64,000 nucleotides of DNA from Naegleria gruberi. Lineage: Eukaryota. A program made the translations under genes and the position numbers. The notes beneath the pieces are model-generated. The model was not told where the DNA came from, did no database searches, and saw only the letters and a program-made list of their open reading frames with translations. Position 1 is the stretch's first letter; each line of letters opens with the position of its first letter. The stretch lies in the NCBI GenBank assembly GCA_000004985.1, contig GG738914.1. One strand, 5' to 3'. Positions 32,289 through 42,248 of the stretch are shown here, piece by piece.

Positions 32289-34190
32289 TTATGAAATATT
32301 TGACATTGGATGCTGTTTGAAAATCAGCCTTTCAGCTCCTTGCTCTTGATATTCATCAAGTTTCATCCAATACGTACTATTATTATAATTATTGATTAAG
32401 AGAGATTTTCCACCCATCCAAGCAGAGTTCTCATGATTACTTTCACCAGTAACATTAATTAATGAGCCTGAAGGTGAAATTTTTCTAATTTCATTTTCGA
32501 GTCTTGTGTTGAATCCTTTAAATAAAGTATTTCCACCACAAACAAACACATTACTTATTAATTCTGCTTGTTGCTCTTTGGAAAATTCCTGTAATGTGTT
32601 TTCCAATATCTCAGCAAGACCTATTTGATCTCTTCCAGCAATTAATGGTTGGAAAACAATTTCTGGAATACGAATTCTTTCAACTGTCAATCTTAACCCA
32701 GTATTATCTGACATGTTCTTACTTTTCTTATATTGAGAAATGAAATGTGACTTGACATAGTCAGTCCTCTTCTCACCGAAATGTTTCATTTCTACTTTGT
32801 GGATGAGATTTGTTAAATCATTAACTTCAGAAGTAGCTTTCTTTACCTTCTTGGCATCAACAACTTCTTCCTTAGTGGAGGATTTCTTCTTTTTTTTCTT
32901 CTTTTTCTTATCAGTATCGTATAAACTCCAATCATCAAAGGTTTCATCTTCTGCATCATGAATTTCAGCTGCAATTTTGGATTTTTGTCTTTGCTTTGAG
33001 GCAGCTGATCTTTTGCTCTTAAGGGTGTGATCTTTGCTTTGTGAAGAAAGTTCAAATTGCATTTTTTGTAATTTGAATTGAAGTTGAGCCAATTCGTTCC
33101 TCTTGGTTTCTAACCATTTTTCACACTCAGATAAGTTTTTAAACTCAGGAATTGGGTGTTCATCAGGTTTAATTTCTGCTGTTAATTGTGCTGCAGCTTC
33201 TTTTGCTTTTAAAAATTCCTCATATTGCAACTTATTGTTGAAAATTCTAACAGTGCTATTTTCATAAAATTCCTTGTCTTCTGATAGTTTTTGCAATACA
33301 GAATGATAATCATCAGAAACCTGACAATAGTTGACTTTTAAGAATTCTGCCTTTGTTACAGACAAGGAAGGTATTCCCAAAACGTCATAAATAGGAATAA
33401 AATATTTAGAATCTGTCCCAATATTTGGATATTTCAATTGCATTGTCTTTAAGAGTAAATCAGTGGCATGAAAACCTCCTAAATTTAATCTTTTACAACT
33501 ATTCCACTGGACTGTACCATTTAGTATTGGTATCACGTGAGTAGAGTGAAAACCAGATCTAATAATTAATGAATTTACATTGGAATAATTCAATGATTTT
33601 TCTGTACAAGATTGATGCAAACTTAATAAAGCATCAATAGATAAATTAATAGCAGGTATTCCATAACATTCGAATAATATTTCAAGAGTAGATTGTCTTG
33701 TAAATGCAGGATTTAAAATAGATTCAGTAATTACTAATGGAATATCTTTTAAACTAATGTCACTAGCTGTTGAAAATCCCAATTTATAGAATATATAATC
33801 CATCACTTGTTCAAAATATTCAAAACTTGTTACTAAATCATTATCAAAAGGAGATCTTGCATTATATCTTAAATAATCAAAAGGATGTAAATCATTTCCA
33901 ACTAAATATCCTCCATTATGAAGTACTAATTTATCATCATCGGAAACAAAATCCAAATTTTTAATCTCACTCGCTTTTAACTTGGCACACAATGGCCTAA
34001 AATTGAGAACAGGTTCATCCATTGAAGACCAACCAGCCCTACAATGATAACTTCCATTATCAATAATAATTCCTAAAGGATGATTTTCATCGGTACTCAT
34101 TGATGGCACCGGATGAATCTTTTCAATTTTATGCAAGTCTTCATCTTCCTCTATGGTTTCAAAGTAATTTTTCATTTGCATCATCATCAC
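32289..34190 (-). CDS. actin-related protein, Arp5-like (actin fold with a large charged insertion)
   Basis: 633 aa. N-terminal actin-fold phosphate loop GIIIDNGSYHCRAGWS and C-terminal FVCGGNTLFKGFNTRLENEIRKISP...NSAWMGGKSLL. A ~150-aa K/E-rich insertion (KKKKKKKKSSTKEEV...) is typical of Arp5; Arp8 is not excluded. Confidence 0.6.
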   Translation of the reverse strand: MMMMQMKNYFETIEEDEDLHKIEKIHPVPSMSTDENHPLGIIIDNGSYHCRAGWSSMDEPVLNFRPLCAKLKASEIKNLDFVSDDDKLVLHNGGYLVGNDLHPFDYLRYNARSPFDNDLVTSFEYFEQVMDYIFYKLGFSTASDISLKDIPLVITESILNPAFTRQSTLEILFECYGIPAINLSIDALLSLHQSCTEKSLNYSNVNSLIIRSGFHSTHVIPILNGTVQWNSCKRLNLGGFHATDLLLKTMQLKYPNIGTDSKYFIPIYDVLGIPSLSVTKAEFLKVNYCQVSDDYHSVLQKLSEDKEFYENSTVRIFNNKLQYEEFLKAKEAAAQLTAEIKPDEHPIPEFKNLSECEKWLETKRNELAQLQFKLQKMQFELSSQSKDHTLKSKRSAASKQRQKSKIAAEIHDAEDETFDDWSLYDTDKKKKKKKKKSSTKEEVVDAKKVKKATSEVNDLTNLIHKVEMKHFGEKRTDYVKSHFISQYKKSKNMSDNTGLRLTVERIRIPEIVFQPLIAGRDQIGLAEILENTLQEFSKEQQAELISNVFVCGGNTLFKGFNTRLENEIRKISPSGSLINVTGESNHENSAWMGGKSLLINNYNNSTYWMKLDEYQEQGAERLIFKQHPMSNIS

Positions 34191-34405
34191 GGAACAGCAA
34201 ATTTGCTACAGTGTAATTGGAGGAGATGATGTACAGATAAATTTTTTAATTTGGTTTTTCCGAATCAAAATGTTGTTAAACTTTTAATATTTAATATTTT
34301 AATTTAATACAATGGATAATACTCTTATAATATTGTTATCTTACAATTTCTTCAGGAAATATTTAATGTTTTTTTATGGATAACTGCAAATTCAAAATTT
34401 AAAAA

Positions 34406-35084
34406 ATGTCTACAAACCAAAATCAATCACTCAACCAATATGATGGTCATATTGTTGTTTTCGGAGCTTCTGCACCAAAGCCTGGTGAACCATTATATGA
34501 ATTGAGTGTAGAACTTGGTGATAAATTGGGAAGAGAAGGTTATTCTGTTTGCACTGGAGGGTAAATTTCGTCACAATCAATTTTATTCTAACATTTCATA
34601 TGCTAATATTAATTTAAATTGATAATGTAATGACAATATGTATTGATAATATAGATATGGTGGAACTATGGAAGGAGTTTCTAAAGGAGCTGCTTCTCAT
34701 CCAGTTGATGTAAAGGGTGTCATTAGTAGTAAAACATTCTACAAGAGAACTGAACAGGGAAATAAATACTTGACCACCACTCAAGATACCAATGATTTGT
34801 ATGGAAGAATTAAGGGATTGACTGATTCTGGAAGTTATATAGTAGTTCTTCCAGGAAGTCTTGGAACAGCTGCTGAATTGATGATTGCTTGGAATTTGTA
34901 CTATATCAATGAACATTTCCCTGCTACTGAAGATCCAGTGAAGAAGATTTTCGTCTTTAGAGGTAAGGATATTGAATTAAAACTTGGAAAACTTAATGTA
35001 TTCATATTTACAGACCCATGGGAAAAGATTATCAAATTTATTTCAACTGAATTGAATTCATCACCTAAATATTTGAAATGGTAA
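34406..35084 (+). CDS. LOG-family protein (TIGR00730 Rossmann-fold; cytokinin riboside 5'-monophosphate phosphoribohydrolase-like), 2 exons (34406-34560; 34655-35084) with a 94-nt intron
   Basis: Exon 1 reads MSTNQNQSLNQYDGHIVVFGASAPKPG...GYSVCTGG|gtaaat. The intron ends ..atag|. Exon 2 reads (G)YGGTMEGVSKGAASHP...IVVLPGSLGTAAELMIAWNL. Together these give the LOG signature xTGGGxGxMEA, with the PGGxGTxxE motif present. Confidence 0.7.
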
Positions 35085-35217
35085 GTTGTATATTATTTGA
35101 AAAGGATGATAACTTGCATTAGTTTCCATTTTGTTGATACTGTTGATGAAATTATTCAAGCATTGAATCAGAAATAAACCAATCTTCAAATAGATCAGTA
35201 AATTTTGTAAAACCATG

Positions 35218-36393
35218 TTAATAGTTTAGGTTGTAACCTGCTTTCTCGGCCTTCTTCAACCAACGTTCACTCTCTGATGCATTCTTTGGAACTCCTTTAC
35301 AACCATCACGTAACATTTCACCAACTAAGTGCATTGCATTTGCTTCATTTTGATTGGCAGCTTTTAGTAAGTATTCATAAGCTTTCGAGTATTCCTTATT
35401 TTCTAATAGTATTAATCCAGTCATATATTGAGCTGATTTGTGTCCCATATCTGCTGCTTTAGTAAACCATTCCAAAGCTTTCTCTTTATCGATTGGCACT
35501 CCCAATCCCATTTCATATATGGACCCAAGTCTGAAACAAGATTCAGAATTCTGTGATAATTCGAAAAGTTCCCTTGCTTTCTTATAATTCTGAACTACTC
35601 CTGTGCCATTAAGATACATCCAACCAAGCCAATGTCTTGATTCCGGAAGATTATACTCACTTGCCTTAGTCAACCATTCCAAACTCTTTTCATAATCTTT
35701 CTGAAAGAGGTAAATCTTTCCTACCATTTCTTTTGCTCGTGGAATATCTCTTTCAACACTTGATGCAGCTTTGAGAGCCCATTGTAAAGCCTCCATAACA
35801 TTTAGCTCACATCCTTGACCTGCAATATACAGACTGGCAACTTCAAATGCAGAGAGAGGAATTCCACTATTGGCTGCATCAACAAACCATTCCATTGATT
35901 TTTTGTAATCAATGTCAACTCCAAGACCTTCTTTATAACAATATCCAACCAAATGTTTCCCCTTATTGTAACCCAATTTTGCTGATTTCAAATAACAATC
36001 AAATGCTTCTTTGTGATTGATTCTTCCACCAAGACCTAATACTAAGAATTCTCCCAAATTGAAAAGGGCTCTCGGATTTTCATTCATTGCTTCTTGTTTA
36101 ATATGATCTATGATGAGTGGAGGTATGACAACAGTGTCTCCTTTTTTCCTAAGAGTAATGAGTCTTTCAGCAAAGGTTAGCTCGTCTTCAAATTTCAAAT
36201 TTGTTTGAAGGATGGTTATTTCATCATGATTATTAGTACTGCAAATCCGACTGGCTGTACTGAACACCCTTAATGAAGAATTAGTGGCCGATATTGTTCT
36301 ATAATTTTTCCTTATACTTGGAAAGGTCGTCGGTAATTTGATACTTTTTGAAATAATACTATTCAAGTGCTTGAAGAATGTTTGTTGTTTCAT
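35218..36393 (-). CDS. Sel1-like repeat (SLR/TPR-like) protein
   Basis: 391 aa. Six or more ~36-aa repeats match the Sel1 consensus, for example ALFNLGEFLVLGLGGRINHKEAFDCYLKSAKLGYNKGKHLVGYCYKEGLGVDIDYKKSMEWFVDAANSG and AQYMTGLILLENKEYSKAYEYLLKAANQNEANAMHLVGEMLRDGCKGVPKNASESERWLKKAEKAG. Confidence 0.8.
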   Translation of the reverse strand: MKQQTFFKHLNSIISKSIKLPTTFPSIRKNYRTISATNSSLRVFSTASRICSTNNHDEITILQTNLKFEDELTFAERLITLRKKGDTVVIPPLIIDHIKQEAMNENPRALFNLGEFLVLGLGGRINHKEAFDCYLKSAKLGYNKGKHLVGYCYKEGLGVDIDYKKSMEWFVDAANSGIPLSAFEVASLYIAGQGCELNVMEALQWALKAASSVERDIPRAKEMVGKIYLFQKDYEKSLEWLTKASEYNLPESRHWLGWMYLNGTGVVQNYKKARELFELSQNSESCFRLGSIYEMGLGVPIDKEKALEWFTKAADMGHKSAQYMTGLILLENKEYSKAYEYLLKAANQNEANAMHLVGEMLRDGCKGVPKNASESERWLKKAEKAGYNLNY

Positions 36394-36609
36394 TTTTTAT
36401 ATGTTAATAATAGATATTGACAACACTATTTATTCAATTTATTGTTTTTTTATTATTGATGTACATCATCCTTAATATGTAAATATGGAAGCTCCCTTTT
36501 ATGGACGAATAGGTGAATGCATCAGACAAATACAAAGGGGCCTAACTTTTTATCTCATCTAGATGATGGATGTGGAAAACAGAGAACCATTTTATAAGTT
36601 TAATATTAT

Positions 36610-38784
36610 TTAAATGTGCTTTACAGCCTTTATGATGAGCAAGTAAAGTCCAGATGCATTGATTCTTATATGACAATCTCCAGTAAGATTTTTTGGAACC
36701 TCTTTCATAGCTGTAACAAGACTTCCTTTAGCACTATCTGTAGGTTCTTTAACACACTCTACCAAAGAAAGGTATTCCATTAGGGAAACAACTTTGATAT
36801 TTGAGAAGGTATGAAGAACTCTCAAATTATAGTCAGTACATTGATTCGTTGCAGTGAAACACATTGGTGCATAGATTACTAATGCTCTTGGGTTATACAT
36901 GAACAATGAATAGTAAGAGTCTAATCCTTGATTAGTTATGAATACATCCATTACTGTGAAAAGTCTTATTTGCTGAACAACAGTCATATCGTCCAATTTC
37001 AAGTTCAAAATTCTAATACTTTCATATCTGTCATCAGGAATTCTGTGAGAGTTGACTTGCTGTAAAATGTCCTTGGCCAATCCACTTAAGTAGTCAGTCA
37101 ATTTATCAGCATTCACAATACTTTCTTTCTTGGAAGAATTAAGTATACCAATAATCAAAATCTTCTTTCTTCCTTCAAAGTAGCTTCTTGGAGGTACATA
37201 TCCCATTCCATTCAAAACGTAATCTCTGAAAACTGGAATCAAGTGATGTCTCTTTTCAGGTGATAGGAAATAAGAGTCAGGAGAACCTACAACCAAACTT
37301 GAAAAACAAGTGTCCAATTCCTCACCTTCCTTATCCAACGGTTTGGATTGAGCATTTCTCAATTGTCTACATGGAGCAAAATCAACATAGGTACCCTTCT
37401 CGTCATTATCACAAACTTGAAGAGGAAGACTAGATGAAACAAATGATCCAAAATCAATTGAAAGGTCTTCAGCCATAGATGCCTTTTCTAATTGTGCTCT
37501 AGAGAATTTACCAGTTCCATCATTGTGAACATCATCTAGGAACAAAATATTATTGTCATAATTTACAAACTCGTAATCGGCCATCTGATTAAACATTGGC
37601 AAGTAGTTGTTCATAACAAGTGATCCAACTTCTTCAGCATTATGTCTGAAAAATCCAAATGTTGGAGTGGAGACCCATTTGAAATTCTTGGCTAATGTAA
37701 TTGTGGTTGGATGAATTTTCTCAGGAGTCAAGTTTTCAGAGCCCTTATATAAAACAGATTTTGGAGGTGGTGCTATCTTTAACTTGAATTTGGCTGGAGA
37801 AAACTCTTCATTGTAAACAGAAGATGTAAAAACCCAAGGCCTTTCATTTGTTTCCAAAGGTTTGTTTGTGTAAATAATCCACTCTCCTTTTCTATTCAAA
37901 CAGATATTTTCAAATCTGCAGGTTGTAAATTGAACATCAGTCTTTTTAACACTATCCATATCCACATCATTCCTGATGCAATTGTCTTTACTCTCAAACA
38001 TGTAACTAATAGCAGATAGAGTTGATTTAGGAATTGTTGATACATCAATTCTTGCCTTAATTTCATTTTCCTTGTCAATGTAAAATCCAGGTTCACTCTT
38101 TTCTGGGCCCCTAGAAATAGATATCAAAGGTTGTGATATATCTGACTCTGATACACTAGTTAATCTCTTGTCGGAAGTAAATGTTTCCATAATCGAAGGA
38201 ACTTTGGGAGGATTATATCTGCTCAAAAGAGGGAAGGCAGTTTTACTAGAACCTGATTTCAAGCCACCAAAGAACACTCCCTTGATTTTAGATAAGGCTG
38301 TTGTTGGTTGAATGGTGTTCTTTCTCAACAAGGACAGCTTTTCCTTTGAATCTGATAATTCCTTATTAATGGATTCTTGGAATTGAGAATGATGGTGTTG
38401 GTCCAAATGCTCAAAAGAAGAACTAATATCCCTTTCAAAATCCTGTCTTTCAGCAACGCTACTGAAAAAGTACAGCAACATATTTAAGAAGAAAATCAAC
38501 AATGAAATATAAAAAACAACCTTGATGAAGAATACGATGGATCGTTTAGGTTGTAGGGCCTTAAATGTTTGTCCATTGTGATTAGCATTTGATGAATTGA
38601 GGGACTGGAAATGCAGTGATGACGTATGATTTGGTAGCGAATGATTAAGGGTTACACCAAATGGTGTTGAGGTGGATGGTTTGTTACTTGAATCAAGCAG
38701 AGGTCCCTCCGAAGAGAACATTTTTTTTAATATTGATATCTTAAACGAATATCTAGCATCGCTCTCTCTATTGTTCTGGAGCAA
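36610..38784 (-). CDS. hypothetical type-II membrane protein; possible DUF563/GT61-like glycosyltransferase
   Basis: 724-aa ORF with a single N-proximal TM (IVFFIKVVFYISLLIFFLNMLLYFF) and a large lumenal domain. The C-terminal FTVMDVFITNQGLDSYYSLFMYNPRALVIYAP loosely resembles the GT61 vGvHGAgLTN..F..pgavviEi motif. This is a weak assignment. Confidence 0.35.
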   Translation of the reverse strand: MLQNNRESDARYSFKISILKKMFSSEGPLLDSSNKPSTSTPFGVTLNHSLPNHTSSLHFQSLNSSNANHNGQTFKALQPKRSIVFFIKVVFYISLLIFFLNMLLYFFSSVAERQDFERDISSSFEHLDQHHHSQFQESINKELSDSKEKLSLLRKNTIQPTTALSKIKGVFFGGLKSGSSKTAFPLLSRYNPPKVPSIMETFTSDKRLTSVSESDISQPLISISRGPEKSEPGFYIDKENEIKARIDVSTIPKSTLSAISYMFESKDNCIRNDVDMDSVKKTDVQFTTCRFENICLNRKGEWIIYTNKPLETNERPWVFTSSVYNEEFSPAKFKLKIAPPPKSVLYKGSENLTPEKIHPTTITLAKNFKWVSTPTFGFFRHNAEEVGSLVMNNYLPMFNQMADYEFVNYDNNILFLDDVHNDGTGKFSRAQLEKASMAEDLSIDFGSFVSSSLPLQVCDNDEKGTYVDFAPCRQLRNAQSKPLDKEGEELDTCFSSLVVGSPDSYFLSPEKRHHLIPVFRDYVLNGMGYVPPRSYFEGRKKILIIGILNSSKKESIVNADKLTDYLSGLAKDILQQVNSHRIPDDRYESIRILNLKLDDMTVVQQIRLFTVMDVFITNQGLDSYYSLFMYNPRALVIYAPMCFTATNQCTDYNLRVLHTFSNIKVVSLMEYLSLVECVKEPTDSAKGSLVTAMKEVPKNLTGDCHIRINASGLYLLIIKAVKHI

Positions 38785-38904
38785 CTTACTTGAAATTACG
38801 TCATTTCCGTAATATCACCAATATGGTTATTAGAAAAAGCAAAAACCAAAGCATTAATCACATACTGTTACAATGAATTTCCTCTTAAAAGTGGATTTAG
38901 TAAT

Positions 38905-39469
38905 TTGAAAAAAATGTCAGAAAGTGAAGAGCCAACAGCATTTTGCATTTTAGATGATCACATCAAGTCGGAAGAACTAATACAAAACTATACAACTATT
39001 CGAAATGAAATGTTGGAAATTGAGAGGAATAAGCTTTTGCTTGTTGTGATTGGTTGCTTGAGAGATACAAATAATAACTTTACAAGATTTCAAATGGCAT
39101 GTTATGACAAGTCGTGTGGGAAATTCGTCACTGTTTGCTCTTTATCAGTCGGATTTACACAAGAACTAAAACAAGAGATCTCAGAAAGATTATCCAAACT
39201 CATAATACCAAGTCCAAGTGCTAATGTTATTTTCAATGAAAAACAGCCAGCTCAGGTTTGGTTTGCCAATTACAGTTTGGGAAGTAAAAGCTGCTGATGT
39301 TGGGTTATCAACTGTTCATATGGCTGGACATGGATTGATAAAGGAGGGAGCAGGCTTTGCACTTAGATTTCCAATGTTTAACAAAGAGAGGCCATTCAGG
39401 AAACCAAAGGATATTACCACTGTTGATGATATAATTAAAATGTATCATCGACAAGCTATACTATTCTAA
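38905..39469 (+). pseudogene. relic fragment of an ATP-dependent DNA ligase, C-terminal OB-fold region only, with a frame disruption
   Basis: Two overlapping ORFs in different frames. MACYDKSCGKFVTVCSLSVGFTQELKQEI resembles the ligase OB-domain (GKFxTVCKVGTGFSDEEL). VWEVKAADVGLSTVHMAGHGLIKEGAGFALRFPMFNKERPFRKPKDITTVDDIIKMY matches the ligase I C-terminus ([40 protein letters not shown]...). No adenylation domain (KxDG) lies upstream; a different gene starts at 38784. Confidence 0.5.
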
Positions 39470-40824
39470 ACTTCCTCTTCATAATCAGTTTCTTCGCTTA
39501 TTTCAATATAATCATTTTGAACAGATCGTATTTCTTCTCTACATTGTGTGAATTCTATTTCTTCTGCTCCTTCCTCAAGATACCTGTGTACGAATGATCT
39601 TTCAGAGTATAATTCATCAAAATTTTTCTCGATTCTGGAAAAAGTTTGGCTTATGCTGGTGGAGTTTGACAACATGTTAACATCCCTATCTCTGTAACAA
39701 ATATTTCCACCAGGAATATTCGACAGAGGACCATCATGAATTCCACATTTAAAACCAGCTGGGCACCAGTCAACAAATTTAATTTCTCTGGATGTCTTGA
39801 TCTTGGCTATGGCAGAGCTAACATGTCTAATGCAAATATCCCCTCTGTATTGGACAGTGCACACCATGAATTTGCCGTCCATTAAATTGCAATTAGTCAT
39901 CACTGAATATTTATCCATAAAACAACTTTCAGTAAGCTCAGTAATAGTTGGTTTCTCATAACTACAGAAAACAAATTCCTTAGGGTACAAAGGACTCATT
40001 GAATTGATAAGATATTTAACAGGCGGGTACGGGACAAGATTTGTCATTATTTCAGAAATAGATGAATTCAAACTTCCTTCTCTCCTTACTGATATTGTAG
40101 CCGAGGAGATTGCATTTGCAATAATTTCATTCAAATCTGTCATCTTTGGGTGCTCTACATTCAGCTTGTTTTTACAAATGTCAATTAAAGCTTCATTTTC
40201 CACAATAACTGAAGCATCCGAATACTCACGAATGGAATTCATTCCAAATAGGACATTGTATGATTCCACACATGAAGATACAGAACTTGGTGAAGCTAAA
40301 ATATCAAAACTTAATTTACACTTTTTCTCAAACCCTGGTGCTAGTCTCTCCATCAATAAATCTCTAAAACCAGAGCCAGTTCCTCCATTAAGAGATGAGG
40401 TTATTAAGAAACCCTGTAATGCGTCACATTCTTCAACCATTTTCTCAATTCTTTCCAAACAATTTTCCAAAACTAAATTTCCTCCAACTCCTCTTCCTTT
40501 AGCAAAATTATTGGCCGTATTTTCATTGCCACTAATTAAACTCTCACCATCATAAATATTATTATTTCCTGATCTGATTTTATCAATAATTTCAGAATCC
40601 AAATCAACGAATAATGCTCTTGCTCTCATCGTTCCGTCCATTGACTCGGAAAAGAAATATTTATCAGCTGCAGAATGATTGTGAATTTTAGCACCAGTTG
40701 AAGAATCAATTCCATGTTCCAAACACAATAAATCCCAACAAGTGTTTCCGATCTGAGAGCCTGCTTGTCCAATATGAATAGAAATTATTTCTCTCATTTT
40801 CTTGGTTGGCTTATTTTTTGTCAA
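39466..40824 (-). CDS. highly divergent alpha-tubulin-like protein
   Basis: 452 aa. MREIISIHIGQAGSQIGNTCWDLLCLEHGI (compare alpha-tubulin [30 protein letters not shown]), the tubulin signature NGGTGSGF, TNLVPYPP, KFVDWCPAGFKCGI and SNSTSI are all present. By eye, sequence conservation outside these blocks looks low relative to canonical alpha-tubulin; no identity was computed. An acidic tail is present. Confidence 0.75.
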   Translation of the reverse strand: MTKNKPTKKMREIISIHIGQAGSQIGNTCWDLLCLEHGIDSSTGAKIHNHSAADKYFFSESMDGTMRARALFVDLDSEIIDKIRSGNNNIYDGESLISGNENTANNFAKGRGVGGNLVLENCLERIEKMVEECDALQGFLITSSLNGGTGSGFRDLLMERLAPGFEKKCKLSFDILASPSSVSSCVESYNVLFGMNSIREYSDASVIVENEALIDICKNKLNVEHPKMTDLNEIIANAISSATISVRREGSLNSSISEIMTNLVPYPPVKYLINSMSPLYPKEFVFCSYEKPTITELTESCFMDKYSVMTNCNLMDGKFMVCTVQYRGDICIRHVSSAIAKIKTSREIKFVDWCPAGFKCGIHDGPLSNIPGGNICYRDRDVNMLSNSTSISQTFSRIEKNFDELYSERSFVHRYLEEGAEEIEFTQCREEIRSVQNDYIEISEETDYEEEV

Positions 40825-41120
40825 TTTTTAATTGAAAATTCAGGATTGTTTTACAATGATATTTCTGAATCATTTATTTTACATTCATTATTATTGTAAA
40901 CATAAGTAAATTATTTTCATTTTCTTTGGAGCTCCGATATATCTTAATATGAGATAATTCCGTCGGGATTTATCAGTAATCAACTCCAGAACTCCAGATG
41001 CTTACGTTTATTACTACTGTGAGTACAACTTGATATCAAGGTGGAAATTGAAATCAATTCACAACACCTTTAAAATCTTTCAAATTCGAGAACAACACAA
41101 AGCAATTTAAAATCAAAAAA

Positions 41121-42248
41121 ATGTCTTCAAATACTTGTTCCCTCTCACAAAATTCCATCAATACGATCAATAAATTGTGGGGGTTTGAAAGCTCAACACA
41201 AACTGTGATTAAACAATCGGAAAATCATACCTATTTGGTGAAGGATAATTCCGAACAATCCTATATTTTGAGACTCACTCCTAAACATCATCGTTCAGTG
41301 AAGAGTATTTGGGCTGAATTGGAATATTTGAATTTAATTCATGATCAAGCTAAATTACATAGTCAAGATGAGAAGTATGCTCTCAATGTTTGCCCACCAA
41401 TTGCTAAGAAGGTGAATGAAAATGGAGAATTTCTGCTCATTGCTGAATTGGAAGAACCATACGAAACTGATAAGGAAAAGGTTTGGTATGGAGTCTTGTT
41501 TGAATATGCTCAAGGTAATTCTGTTGTTGATAAATGGATTGGTTTGACTGATGATTCAATGATTGTTGCAATTGGAGATGCTATGGGAAGATTACACAAG
41601 ATTATTTCTGAAAAGGCTGGAAATCCTGAAAGATGGGACGAAATGGCTAAATATATTCCAGAAATTTCAGGCACTCATAATGGAGCTTGTGATTTGAATC
41701 GTATTAGAGAAAGAGCTCAAAAGGATCATGAAATCTCAAAGACTTTAATTCAAATATATGATGCAGAATTGGCTGAATTTTTGAAATCTCACCCAATTGA
41801 CTCTGAAAATTATGGTATTGTACATGGTGATATCAATGTCAGTAATTACTTTGCCAAGGTTCAACCAGAAGGAACCAAGCTGTGGATTTTCGATTTTGAT
41901 CAAGTTCATAATAATTACTTTGGACATGAGCTTGGTGTCGTACTTCATACAGTTACTTTCTTTGAAAACGATGGTCTTGGAATTGGTAAAATTGAAGGTT
42001 TCGATGGTGATAGATTTAGAGAACTATTCCTCAATGCCTACAAAAATGCCTATCCACCTATGGCAAAATATTTGGATGTTGAATCATTGAAAAAGTTTGA
42101 ACTCCTTCGTGCTTTCTATCACACATCTATTGCTGCCGATATTTTGTACCTCAAGACTGAAAATCCTGAATCAAAAAATTTCGAAGAAGCAATTATTGGA
42201 TTTTGCCAAATTGTTGTTGACAAGTTTATTAAGATCCACACTCAATAA
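41121..42248 (+). CDS. APH-family phosphotransferase (aminoglycoside/choline-kinase-like protein-kinase fold)
   Basis: 375 aa. Brenner motif IVHGDINVSNY (HGDxxxxN) and the metal-binding WIFDFDQV (DFD) have APH/ChoK-family spacing. The N-terminal lobe reads YILRLTP. Confidence 0.65.
   Translation: MSSNTCSLSQNSINTINKLWGFESSTQTVIKQSENHTYLVKDNSEQSYILRLTPKHHRSVKSIWAELEYLNLIHDQAKLHSQDEKYALNVCPPIAKKVNENGEFLLIAELEEPYETDKEKVWYGVLFEYAQGNSVVDKWIGLTDDSMIVAIGDAMGRLHKIISEKAGNPERWDEMAKYIPEISGTHNGACDLNRIRERAQKDHEISKTLIQIYDAELAEFLKSHPIDSENYGIVHGDINVSNYFAKVQPEGTKLWIFDFDQVHNNYFGHELGVVLHTVTFFENDGLGIGKIEGFDGDRFRELFLNAYKNAYPPMAKYLDVESLKKFELLRAFYHTSIAADILYLKTENPESKNFEEAIIGFCQIVVDKFIKIHTQ

Noticed and set aside
38905-39469. 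Rescuing the DNA-ligase fragment as an intact two-exon gene
   Set aside because: Joining the two frames would need a ~20-nt intron, shorter than any intron seen here (40-95 nt), and the result would still be only the C-terminal fifth of a ligase.
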